Assembly (NCBI GenBank): GCA_964457735.1 | Contig: CAYWFW010000078.1 | Coordinates: forward strand, 1-31,202 | Reading direction: 5' to 3' | Length of the DNA stretch: 31,202 nucleotides | Source: an uncultured Sulfurovum sp. | GTDB taxonomy: Bacteria; Campylobacterota; Campylobacteria; Campylobacterales; Sulfurovaceae | In this document: positions 19,801 to 25,818 of the stretch, in pieces | Layout of the letters: the number at the start of each line of letters is the position of its first letter | Position numbering within the stretch: position 1 is the first letter of the stretch | Position numbers and translations under genes: made by a program | The notes under the pieces: model-generated | The model's database searches: none | Told to the model about the DNA's origin: nothing | The model's input: only the letters and a program-made list of their open reading frames with translations

Positions 19801-21337
19801 TTAATTCAGGAGATTCTCCAAATAGTGCTTGTGAATAATCACAGGTTACTCTCTGTCCACTAACACTACAATTCCAATCAGTCCCACTACTACTTACATA
19901 AGTTTCATTATCATCCAAATCATCAAATATCTGTAGAGGTGTTGCATATTGTGGACCATAATTAGTTACCTTGATTTTAGAAACTGCTATTTGACCAACA
20001 ACAATAGGATTACCATCAACATGTTCTTGTTCTATCTCTTTTGCTTTAGAGATAGTTACATTAGATTGATTTGCCCAAAGAGTATAATTTTTGGTTGAAC
20101 TATCATCATTACCATTTGTATCTGTTGTGCTTGTAGTAAGAGATGCTATATTTGTATAATCATGGTCTTGATTATCTGTTATATCAGGAGATTGCGTCTT
20201 TATGGTGATATTATCATCATAACCTGCAGTTAAATTACCATCATAACTACAAGTAACTGTTGCACTAGAGAGGGTACAATTCCAATTAGCAGGTGCTGTT
20301 ATATTATCTTCACTCAATCCATGAGCAAAATCATCGGGGATAGTATCTGTAACAACAACATCTACGGCATCCATATAACCTTTATTCATAATATTTAACT
20401 TAAATGTAGCTACCTCATTTTCCAATAAAACCTTAGGTCTTTTATATTTTTTAATAGCTACATTTGTACCCTCTATTATAGTAATATTTACATCTTTAAT
20501 ATTATTATTTAAATCAATATCTATAATTGTAGTATCAGATGTTACACTAGCACCCTGCCCTAAATCACCTAAAATACCATTATTAGATTTTGCTCTAAAA
20601 TAAAAAGTTTTTGTATCATTAAGATTTAATATACCTCTATTACAAGTTACAACTTGCCCTGATGCACTACAACTCCAACTACTATCATCATCTGTTGGAG
20701 TTTCAGCATTATCAGCATAAAATTCAAGTCCAGTAGGAAGTGTTGTCTCAAAATTTATATTGCTAGTATCAAAAGGACCATGATTTTCCACCACCATTTT
20801 ATATGTAACTATCCCACTAGAAGGGATTGTTGAAACAGGGGCTTCATAACTCACTAACTCTACATCAGCACTCTCTACAATAGTTGTTTTAACATTTTCG
20901 CTATCATTAGCATTATTTACATCACCATCATAATAAGCAGTTGCTATACTTTTAAATACACCTTTATCCATACCAGCTTTAACTGTAATATTAATATCTT
21001 TTGAGCTATTTCCTACAAAAGTACTAAATTCACAAATTACCTGATCTGCAGACTCCCCATTACTTGGAGTAGCACCAGAATAATCACAATCATCAGGAAA
21101 ATTTGTGGTATTATATTCAAATCCTATAGGAATTTTTACCTTTAGGGTTACCGTTTCATTGGTATCTGTACTAGTATTATTGTGAAGTTTTACATGATAA
21201 TAAAATATTGAACCAGCAGGTGTCAAATCATTACTATCTTCAAAAACAGTAGGTTGCATATCTGCATTAAGTGCAAATAAATTATTAATAAATATGATAT
21301 TAAACAGCAAAAATGTATAAATAAAACGAATTAGCAT
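7808..21337 (-). CDS. Giant (4,509 aa) repetitive surface adhesin: DUF11 x8, SdrD-B-like x23, Big_9-like x3, CshA-type fibril repeat-like x3, C-terminal TM anchor
   Basis: Signal peptide MLIRFIYTFLLFNIIFINNLFA and SD AAGGA at about 21345-21349. Eight Y/F-x-x-x-x-x-N-x-G(P)-type DUF11 motifs. 23 G(D/N)RxWxDxNxNGxQD...D(M/A)G(I/L)Y units counted by hand. Three A.DD...I..L.ND...YxP..GF.G.D.F.Y units. Three EGxWxI...FTP...G..T.I.Y units. It ends in a hydrophobic helix followed by KKEEI. Confidence 0.9.
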   Translation of the reverse strand: MLIRFIYTFLLFNIIFINNLFALNADMQPTVFEDSNDLTPAGSIFYYHVKLHNNTSTDTNETVTLKVKIPIGFEYNTTNFPDDCDYSGATPSNGESADQVICEFSTFVGNSSKDINITVKAGMDKGVFKSIATAYYDGDVNNANDSENVKTTIVESADVELVSYEAPVSTIPSSGIVTYKMVVENHGPFDTSNINFETTLPTGLEFYADNAETPTDDDSSWSCSASGQVVTCNRGILNLNDTKTFYFRAKSNNGILGDLGQGASVTSDTTIIDIDLNNNIKDVNITIIEGTNVAIKKYKRPKVLLENEVATFKLNIMNKGYMDAVDVVVTDTIPDDFAHGLSEDNITAPANWNCTLSSATVTCSYDGNLTAGYDDNITIKTQSPDITDNQDHDYTNIASLTTSTTDTNGNDDSSTKNYTLWANQSNVTISKAKEIEQEHVDGNPIVVGQIAVSKIKVTNYGPQYATPLQIFDDLDDNETYVSSSGTDWNCSVSGQRVTCDYSQALFGESPELIIKTKANEDVNITNIASINNDRLDYPDLNTTDHNVSKGVIAKAYPDSADLEMNKDTNDTVITSDENGFEYYLDITNNGPATATNIKVIDKIPQYVEAFNGRAETTIIADSNSSDDYSCDVDGADVNCTLSKIDVNDTVRVRIGVYGAKATGVRINSATAFSTTIADSNRSNNEGNVSVDVQSTADVMVSKNDVTFASEDEFIYAGTNGLYTIQVINNGSAEAKDVNLTNKFIGEEFKIIEFSESNCTLYDNNRSFSCDLGDMAYKESRTINITIRPTHKLVHNEPWDINNSASVTMSTLDSNLSNNEQNETLPIKNGEVDISIEKDESILFIEPLGFDANDKDNNRIVYKITVTNAGPSEATNIKLIDKVIDVFPNNEQNMTFLGDGTDANGTTTKDFNMCVEPTNNNFNPNNTESTHEVNCSIPNIESGEEFVRYLTFEFIDAPHRVKGDVYHNDINVTTLEIEREYDNNHEDESTTVRTFVDLEIKKTASLNNVEVGQDFNFTFDIYNDGPGYATNTEVTDTLPDGMELIATPIVKDDNGSCSGVAGDTSFACDIGNLVDDGFLVLEDNKSIQVVAKVRVVSYPSSGQVINSTLVTTSAPDKNLTNNEDSSTVGVYEPAKIGNRVWLDKNADGIQDVGESGLSGIVVKLLDENKTLVTTTTTNSSGIYNFDINHTAEYFILVEPDSKYQISPKDKGVDDTLDSDINSSKITDKFNVDYADDNQSFDIGLYQFASLGDRVWLDNNGDGIQDTLEDSVADVNVTLYQVGNSIAIAQMETNQTGEYLFENLVPNSYFVKFSDINVSYKFTLKDTGDYINGSDVNATGYTDIFALESNEHNRSIDAGIFEPTSVGNRVWHDKNANGIQDGGENNISNVKIQLWIYDKWIQLKQDLDGNIFGDDGTITPIDGQYIFSNLKPDRYYLKVIKKDEYNFTLTTIGTDYSIDNNIQDSNSNYEGDSTNFFLFSGDDNLSIDIGEYKPIQIGGNVWIDRDYNGTQEGSEDNVSNVTVTLITDGTITATTTTTDSNGSYIFDNLLPNHTYGVEFSDIPEHYLFTKQDIGDDSNDSDANITTGRTIQTDIMYSGDSNLTLDAGIYNPIVIGDFVWEDDNYNGIQDSGENGVSGVVVKLVIDDIVQNDINTTTNNNGKYYFGRALKLEPDHNYSVEFVIPNGWFATKQNIGNHNGKDSDADNTGKMDEGERLYSGENTYKFDMGIYQKASLGDRVWIDKNGNGIQDNGELNVTSNDINVTLYSTTLGEVNSTLATNGEYLFSGLNPDSYYVIFDKSTLPTEYVFTEANISNNTNDLFDSDVNRTTGKSDTLFLSSGEDNRSIDAGIYKAVDIGDRIWHDIDANGVQDGVESNSSEVVHITLVDINGLEANRTIDSNSSGYLFKNVRPGSYYIDFVVPSQYEISPKNTTSDGLDSDINPSTHRTANFDVVSNEDDFSIDMGIYQNISIGDRIWYDTNMNGIQDVGENNLSVAVTVELWDEDGTLVDTNITTNGEYLFTDFIPSNYYLKFTLPDNYAISPKNSVGSDDNNDSDINSTMKTDIIIMDSNAKNFSVDVGMYELASIGNRIWLDSNANGIQDIDENNVNEDINVTLYYDSNGSIARSEIISDGSYHFTGLIPTDYNLSFSVPTGYFISPQDVGVDSNDTDVNSITLRTITTNLETGENDLSWDMGIYQKASLGNRVWYDDNGDGVQNSGELNVTDVNVTLYDGLGNELSSMKTVDGAYLFDELVPDSYYVIFDKATLPTGYIFTEQNITGSSELEDSDANTTTGISDIIELSSNEHNRSLDAGIYKPINLGDRIWEDTNADGIQDVNEKNTTQSITVTLYDTNHREANKSATVTNGDYLFTNVRPGNYQVEFSLPTGYKISYENSGSDDLIDNDVNPTTKITQAFDLTSNINDLSQDMGIYQDASLGDRVWIDANGNGVQDNNELNVSGVTVKLHLVSDDSEVQSTTTNADGEYLFEHIRPQSYYVLFSDLDTNYIFTLANQENNNSVDSDVDENGKSEEITLISNEHNRSIDAGIVLPITIGDKIWVDTNANGVQDLGEGNYSENLEVKLYYENNDSIYKTITATNGEYEFTNVIPDNYYIGFEIPTTYYTSPKNIGNDINNDSDTNSAGFTAPFSIHSGDNNLTLDMGIYQKASLGNRVWIDANGNGLQDNGEINATDVNVTLYSTTYLDVNITQETNSSGYLFKDLKPGDYYVVFDNRTLPSDIYIFTEQDRLNDDTIDSDVNATTGISDTLFLSSGDNNLTIDAGIYEPVVKVGDRIWEDANANGIQDIGEGNYIGGNITITLVDNNGLEPNVTILTNDGNYTFTKVRPGNYHLEFTLPTNYHISFKDNTDNHSDSDIDPITKRSDDFDIVSGIDDLSWDMGIYQNASLGDRIWIDNDGDGLQGIGELNISESIDVTLYYENNKSVAQIVTTTNGEYQFDNLIPEKYYVMFSDLNTSYRFTVKDSGEDANDSDVNATGYSDAFELKSDEHNRSVDVGILLPVSIGDRIWLDANANGVQDVSEINTNEEINVTLYYDGNKSIARTLTTTDGNYLFNNLNPQRYYIGFELPEDYYVSPKARATDNNNSDVNGDGFTDSFAIYSGDNNLSIDMGIYEKASIGDEIWYDINMDGIRDVSETGVSVPVLVKLFDVNGSLVATQNSVNGVYRFIDLIPSGYIVEFELPNNYALSPMNVGGDDATDSDVNVTTMRSDVIKISDSGDVDLSIDMGIYELASIGDRIWLDANANGVQDSDESNYIGSISVALYNASGTLISRKNISNGVYLFDELEPDDYYIQFSLPSGYILSDRDVSSDGVDSDVGVSNLRTISTNLAPAENDMSWDMGIYQPVSIGDRVWLDANADGVQDEDEQNYDGDIMVELYKMGVKIQEITINDGEYLFSGLRPSEYSIKVILPDGYYLSPQGMGDDNSSDSDMGVESFESDTVVLSSGANLDNLDIGIYQFGSIGDRIWYDTNMNGIQDLNESGVDENISVRLYNSDNKKVREVYSNNGVYLFDDLIPDGYSVEFELIDGYIVTKANRGSYEIDSDVGANMRSGEMMLRSGEDNRSIDMGVYESVSIGDRIWLDVNGNGLQDDDELNFEMDMVVQLYSSDDNLIREITVSDGVYLFDELEPNEYYIKVELPDGYVITKQNVGDEDNQTINSDVNASSMRSDMILLNPADANMSIDIGVYQLASIGDEIWLDENANGVQDNGESGVNIEIEVVLYDINGSEVDRLITVTGDYMFSDVKPSSYFIKFIVDDGYLFSNIGNDGVSDIIEILSGEKNEVMDIGIYLINNEILENSIDALDDEVSTLKDKNISIPVMNNDYDLNGDEFEIIRFDENSSGGGVISKDGDNLVYVPKDGFIGLDMFKYEIIDSNGLRSEATVRVNVLELSSFPIAFDDKFVTDMDVSLEIDILGNDIHTMDENISLLSVENSASGSVEILDNGLVKYVPNNGFSGVDRFSYVIIDDDGDESKAVVTVIVTKPIIEQPKIVLPPLETQSVPIAKLDRVSTYEFTSVVIDLLSNDSHTTGDKISLVDVEKPSNGILILKDNGTIIYIPNIGFSGDDRFYYTIEDSDGDRDTAVVIITVIKDKLVEAITPKVDEPNNKVIETPIEDNITKPDENKTIELTPTTPTVPALAIDDECGEFVINDDFFEGLRDEVAHIDVFENDILVGNQFDYDSLIFIDENDELVSIIEIANEGIWSIDNEKGLIIFTPIEGFKGMATEIKYIVNTLNGCKPITGGATIYVSYPEVKDDVIELPEDAVAGKDSVTVDIFANDPIKDPVLSTLQIKGTDNPGDSLIVEGEGTWIINEDKITFTPFDGFLGDPTPIEYIVKNHEGESTNYGKVEIHYPIKARDDIGKIDPGVPVTIDILSDDNGNLDKTSVILLLPKGFSVPGTEISTDGKTITVPREGTWQVNENGTVTFTPDPLLVGSPTPIEYSVFNKDGDKVAGAKITVECLGCICEGQIDSADSSSGLSIILLMLLTLLLVGFVSKKEEI
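9945..17945 (-). repeat. Tandem array of 23 SdrD B-like Ig domains (about 116 aa each) inside the adhesin
   Basis: Runs from KIGNRVWLDKNADG (about 17940) to DIGIYL (about 9945). It includes a 45-bp exact DNA duplicate at 13334-13378 and 14729-14773. Confidence 0.88.
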
Positions 21338-21378
21338 AACTTATCCTTGATTGAATATAAAATTGTTTTGTTTTGAAA

Positions 21379-21475
21379 TTATTTAGCGACTCGGCAATCT
21401 TATATGAGTAAGATAAAGGATAAGACCCGTAGTTTTCCGTCCTATTTTCACAAATAGTTTGGCTTTTATAAAGAA
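21379..21475 (-). promoter_or_regulatory. Cyclic di-GMP-I (GEMM) riboswitch upstream of the giant adhesin
   Basis: The minus strand reads UUCUUUAUAAAAGCCAAACUAUUUGUGAAAAUAGGACGGAAAACUACGGGUCUUA...UAAGAUUGCCGAGUCGCUAAAUAA. P2 is CUAUUU/AAAUAG with a GNRA (GUGA) loop, followed by the GACG(C/G)AAA junction. P3 pairs ACU/AGU, CGG/CCG and UCUUA/UAAGA. P1 is UUCUUUA/UAAAUAA. The orientation matches the adhesin gene, whose ATG is about 40 nt downstream. Confidence 0.9.
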
Positions 21476-21482
21476 TTGTAAG

Positions 21483-21491
21483 ATTATGACA
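21483..21491 (-). promoter_or_regulatory. Putative extended -10 promoter for the riboswitch/adhesin transcript
   Basis: TG-T-CATAAT on the minus strand would place a transcription start just 5' of the riboswitch P1 strand. Confidence 0.35.
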
Positions 21492-21531
21492 TAAAAAGAC
21501 TTATATAGAAGAGTAATTTCTTACAGTTACT

Positions 21532-22269
21532 CTAAAACATACCATTTTTCATATCTTCTTTGACTTTAGTGGTAGTTGGTGTTACTTTTTGAATCGGTCT
21601 GGAACTAGGAAGAGGTCTTTTTTTATGATTATTTATTTTTTTCTTTTTTTTCTTCTTTTTAATTGGTTCCATCACCCCTTGAACCATAAAAGATATAGGA
21701 TTAGTTGAGCCTTTAGAATCTAATATAACAAGAACTCTATCTTTATTTCTAGCTACATAAAAATGGGTTATATCTTTCATAACCTCATCTATTTCAACTT
21801 TTGCTTCAGAACTAGTTGGTAGTTTGTAATTATTTCCCTCTATACGAAGAAGTCTATTATCCTCTTTTGCTATTACCCAGCAAACTTTAGCAGAGTTTAA
21901 ACTATATAGTGAATTAGTTGTATCTTCTATACAAAAACGGGTAAAATCATCTTGTTTAATTGTTAAATTACCATCCGATTTGAGAATATCAAGATATAAC
22001 ATCTTAATACCTTTTAACTCTTGTGTACTTTTTTGTAGATAATTGAAAAGATGAGTATTTGATGCTCTTGCCATATCTAAAGTTCTAAATAATACCAATA
22101 TCACAAATCCCAATATTGCAATAGATATTAATACTTCTATTAAAGTAAAAGCTTTTTTACTATTATGTATCTTACAAAATTCATCGGAAGTGATGGCTTT
22201 AGCCTCACTAATATCAGGAGCTAAAGCATCAGTTCCAAGTTTTGAAAGAATTTTAGTATCATTATGCAC
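21532..22269 (-). CDS. gspJ: T2SS minor pseudopilin (GspJ-like) with a leader lengthened by a REP insertion
   Basis: Prepilin motif KKAF|TLIEVLISIAILG. Size and beta-rich body fit GspJ. GTG start lies 2 nt after the gspE stop. The letter assignment is inferred. Confidence 0.7.
   Translation of the reverse strand: MHNDTKILSKLGTDALAPDISEAKAITSDEFCKIHNSKKAFTLIEVLISIAILGFVILVLFRTLDMARASNTHLFNYLQKSTQELKGIKMLYLDILKSDGNLTIKQDDFTRFCIEDTTNSLYSLNSAKVCWVIAKEDNRLLRIEGNNYKLPTSSEAKVEIDEVMKDITHFYVARNKDRVLVILDSKGSTNPISFMVQGVMEPIKKKKKKKKINNHKKRPLPSSRPIQKVTPTTTKVKEDMKNGMF
22183..22254 (-). repeat. REP-like palindromic element, copy D (in frame in the gspJ leader)
   Basis: 64/72 identical to copy A. It encodes KILSKLGTDALAPDISEAKAITSD. 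Confidence 0.9.
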
Positions 22270-22271
22270 AA

Positions 22272-23786
22272 TTATCCATCCATTATCCCGACTCTAAGAG
22301 CCTCTTGATAGCTAGTAGTTCCATTTTCTACCATCATTTTTAATTGATCTGCAATTGTTTGCATCCCCTGTTTTTTCATCTCTACTCTAATTTGATGGTC
22401 TGTATATTTTTGTTTCATCATCTCTTTTACACTATCATTCAAGACAAATAACTCTCCAACTGCTGCTCTACCTTTATATCCAGTAAAATCACAATTTGTA
22501 CAACCAACTGCTTTTTTTGTATTTGTATAAAATGATAAATTTAAATCTTTAACTACATTTTGAGATAAAACAGTCTCTTCACAACAAGATACACATAACT
22601 TTCTAACCAATCTTTGAGCCAAAACACCTAAAAGTGTAGATGAGATTAAATAATCATGTATCCCCATATCCATCAATCTTGTTATAGATGAAGTTGCATC
22701 ATTCGTATGAAGAGTTGATAAAAGAAGGTGTCCTGTTAATGCTGATTGAAGAGCAATAACCCCTGTTTCTTGGTCTCTAATCTCACCAATCATTATAACA
22801 TCTGGGTCTTGACGAAGAATTGAACGAAGTGCCGCCGAAAATGTTAATCCAACTTTTGAATTAACTTGAATCTGATTAATATTATCTGCATTATACTCCA
22901 CTGGATCTTCAACTGTAATAATATTTTTATCGGGCGTTGCAATATGTTGTAAAAATGAGTGTAAGGTTGTAGATTTTCCTGACCCTGTTGGACCAGTTAC
23001 AAGTATCATTCCATGAGAATGTTTTAGCAAATCATAGAATTTTTTTGTTAAATTATCTTCAAATCCCAAATCTGATAGAGTTGGTATATGTTCACTTTGC
23101 ATCAAGATTCTCATAACAATTCTTTCACCATAATAAGTTGGCAAAATAGATACCCTAACATCAAGAGTTTTGCCAGAGATTTTTAGTTGAGTTCTCCCAT
23201 CTTGAGGTACTCTTTTTTCTGATATATCAAGATTAGAGATAACTTTTATACGGTTAATTACAAGTTCAATAATTTTTTTATCCAAATCAAGATGCTTTTT
23301 TAATGCTCCATCAACACGAAGTCTAACCTCACCCTTCTTCTCTCCACTTTCAATATGAATATCACTCGCATTCTTTTGAATTGCTTGAAAAAACAGAGAG
23401 TTTACAAGTTTTATAATAGGAGCAGACTCCTCACTAGATAACAAATCTTGTGAGTTTTGAATAAATTCTAAAAGATCTGATTCAACCTCAATAAGCTCTT
23501 CTGTAGCTTCTGATGATATATTCTCAAAATCAGAACCAGTTTGAAGCTCTTGAAATTTATGAAGTAATCTATTATAACTATCATCATCAACAAGATATAG
23601 CTCATAATCTATAGATAACTGAGACATATAGTTTAATGCTGAAGATAACTCATCCTCTTTTGTTACAGATATTTTTTGACTATCTAAGCTAGAAAAGAGT
23701 AAAGAATGTTTTATAGATAATCTATAATCCATCCCCTCTTCCCATAATGGTTCAAGATTTACATCTTTTAATATTGGTAACTGCAT
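22272..23786 (-). CDS. gspE: T2SS ATPase GspE
   Basis: ASDIHIE, RVPQDGR, Walker A GPTGSGKST, TVEDPVEY, LRQDPDVIMIGEIRD, TGHLLLSTLHTN, and the Zn-binding CxxC...CxxC (CVSCC, CTNC). The start is probably ATG 23786 (MQLPIL), 1 nt after the gspD stop; the ORF track starts at 23831. Confidence 0.95.
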   Translation of the reverse strand: MQLPILKDVNLEPLWEEGMDYRLSIKHSLLFSSLDSQKISVTKEDELSSALNYMSQLSIDYELYLVDDDSYNRLLHKFQELQTGSDFENISSEATEELIEVESDLLEFIQNSQDLLSSEESAPIIKLVNSLFFQAIQKNASDIHIESGEKKGEVRLRVDGALKKHLDLDKKIIELVINRIKVISNLDISEKRVPQDGRTQLKISGKTLDVRVSILPTYYGERIVMRILMQSEHIPTLSDLGFEDNLTKKFYDLLKHSHGMILVTGPTGSGKSTTLHSFLQHIATPDKNIITVEDPVEYNADNINQIQVNSKVGLTFSAALRSILRQDPDVIMIGEIRDQETGVIALQSALTGHLLLSTLHTNDATSSITRLMDMGIHDYLISSTLLGVLAQRLVRKLCVSCCEETVLSQNVVKDLNLSFYTNTKKAVGCTNCDFTGYKGRAAVGELFVLNDSVKEMMKQKYTDHQIRVEMKKQGMQTIADQLKMMVENGTTSYQEALRVGIMDG

Positions 23787-23787
23787 T

Positions 23788-25818
23788 TTACTGTCCTGGA
23801 ATAAATATTGTATCACTCTCTTCATCATCATGAAAATGGATTCTATTGCTTGCAGGGTGAAGTGGTTTCGCTGGAGTTGAAGCTGTTGTAGATTGACCTA
23901 TACGACCACTAGAACCTTTATTTTTTAATCTCTTTTCTAACCCTTTGTAAACAAGAGAGTTATATTTTATCTGAAGAGTATCAAGTTCTGATAACATTTT
24001 TCTTAGCTTTTGTAAATCTCCACTTTTTCTTACAATATATGGAGTAATATATATCACAACATTTACACTGCTATCAGAATCAGATGTTGATCTAAATAAC
24101 TCTCCTATAATTGGAATATCACCTAATAATGGAACTTTTGTTGTACCTTTACCTGCTGATTTTTTAATAAGTCCACCCACAATAATGGTCTCACCATTAT
24201 TAACAATTGCATTTGTAATAACTTTTCTCTTTGTTGTTGTTGGTCTATCAGATAATGACCCAGACCCACCAAGAACATCCTCAATTATAGCCTCTATGCT
24301 AAGGGTTACTTTATTATTGCTGGATAATCTAGGTTTTACCTTAAGGGTTATACCAATATCCTCTCTACTGTAACTATTTCTTGTTAAATCTTGTGCATTA
24401 TTACCTTTGGCACTACTTGTAAGAATTGATTGAGTTTGACCAACATAAATAGATGCCTCTTTATTATTTGTACACAAAATTGAAGGTTCACTAAGAATTT
24501 GAGCTCCACCATTTTGACTAAGCATATCAATCTTAGCTCCTAATGCAAATACTTCAGATATATTTGATGAAAACTTAAATGGTGTATCGGTGCTTGTAAT
24601 TGCATTACCATTTGCATCATAATTTGTTGATTGAGTATTTAGAAAACCTAAAAGATTTTGAGACACCATCATAGATGATCCACCAAGCATCCCACCAGCA
24701 ACAGAGAAAAGACCTTGAGATGTGATTTGTCCACCCTCAAATCCATATCTTACCCCTAATGCTGTAGCAACATTTTTATTAATCTCAACAATCTTCGCTT
24801 TAACAAAAACTTGTGGTTTTTCAACATCTAATTTAGCAATAGTATCTTTTATATTATCTATCTGTTCAGATGATGCCAAAATAATAAGTGCATTTCTTTC
24901 TACATCGCTCACAACCATAGCTTTTTGTGGCTTAATAACTTTACCCTTAACTTTAGATCGAGCTACCTGAACACCATTCATCTGAGAGATAATTTTAGAT
25001 AGAATCTTTTCCATCTCTTCAACATTTGAATTTTCAAGAGGGATAACATACATTTGTTGCTCTATATTTTCACCTTCAACATCTAGTTGCTTAATATAAG
25101 TTACCATTCTATTTACATTATCTCTTTTACCCACAAGAATAATTGTACTAGTTGCTTCATCTTTCATAATATCAACTTTTTCACTCTCAATAGCCTGAGG
25201 AAAAAGCTTTTTTGCCATTGCCAATGCATTTATATAAACACTTTTTGCAGAAGCATTTTTGAGTTTAATAAATACAGAACCTTTTTTACTCTGATCTTCA
25301 ATAGAATCAATAAGTTTTTTAATCGATTTAAGAGTTCTAGGATTTGCTGTAATTGATAACATATTATTATTTTTAAATGCAACAACCTTAGCATTTTTAT
25401 GCAAAAGAGGTTTGATTTTTGCTCTTAATACAGATGCGTTTGAACCTTTAAGTGTAAAAACCACTGTTTTCATGGTATTACCACTAATTTTACTACTAAC
25501 TTCTAGCCCTTCTCCTGCTGCATCACCAGCTTTTACAACTTTATAAAAATCGCCCAAATCTATAAGTGTAAGCCCTTTTCCTGCAAGAATAGAGTTTGCC
25601 AAAGGGATTAAAGAACTTTTTTTGATAGGCTTTGTAGATACAAAATTTACTTTACCGTTTAGTTTACTATCAACTAAAATATTTTTATTTGTAATCTTGC
25701 TTATCATCTCTATAAAATCTTTTAGCTCTAAATCTCTAAAATTTACATCCACTTGATCCTCGGCAAAATTTAGCGATATAACTAACATCATACCTAATAC
25801 TATTTTATTTAATTTCAT
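23788..25818 (-). CDS. gspD: T2SS secretin GspD
   Basis: Signal peptide; N0 domain VNFRDLELKDFI; repeated N domains; QVFVKAKIVEI; secretin motifs DIGITLKVKP and KVPLLGDIPIIGELFRS...ITPYIV. Confidence 0.95.
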   Translation of the reverse strand: MKLNKIVLGMMLVISLNFAEDQVDVNFRDLELKDFIEMISKITNKNILVDSKLNGKVNFVSTKPIKKSSLIPLANSILAGKGLTLIDLGDFYKVVKAGDAAGEGLEVSSKISGNTMKTVVFTLKGSNASVLRAKIKPLLHKNAKVVAFKNNNMLSITANPRTLKSIKKLIDSIEDQSKKGSVFIKLKNASAKSVYINALAMAKKLFPQAIESEKVDIMKDEATSTIILVGKRDNVNRMVTYIKQLDVEGENIEQQMYVIPLENSNVEEMEKILSKIISQMNGVQVARSKVKGKVIKPQKAMVVSDVERNALIILASSEQIDNIKDTIAKLDVEKPQVFVKAKIVEINKNVATALGVRYGFEGGQITSQGLFSVAGGMLGGSSMMVSQNLLGFLNTQSTNYDANGNAITSTDTPFKFSSNISEVFALGAKIDMLSQNGGAQILSEPSILCTNNKEASIYVGQTQSILTSSAKGNNAQDLTRNSYSREDIGITLKVKPRLSSNNKVTLSIEAIIEDVLGGSGSLSDRPTTTKRKVITNAIVNNGETIIVGGLIKKSAGKGTTKVPLLGDIPIIGELFRSTSDSDSSVNVVIYITPYIVRKSGDLQKLRKMLSELDTLQIKYNSLVYKGLEKRLKNKGSSGRIGQSTTASTPAKPLHPASNRIHFHDDEESDTIFIPGQ

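Noticed and set aside
7808-21337. RTX/T1SS substrate or autotransporter assignment for the adhesin
   Set aside because: It has an N-terminal Sec-type signal and a C-terminal TM helix. There are no GGXGXD nonapeptide RTX repeats and no terminal beta-barrel ending in an aromatic residue.
21510-21533. AGAGTAA/TTACTCT inverted repeat at the gspJ stop as a terminator
   Set aside because: The 7-bp stem is AT-rich with a 10-nt loop, overlaps the stop codon and has no adjacent U-tract. It is too weak to call.
21636-21660. A-rich poly-Lys tract in the gspJ tail, and A8-A9 runs elsewhere (e.g. 942-950, 27781-27788), as phase-variation sites
   Set aside because: The runs are short or interrupted, expected in AT-rich DNA, and the frames are intact. 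No long poly-G/C tract typical of Campylobacterota phase variation was seen.
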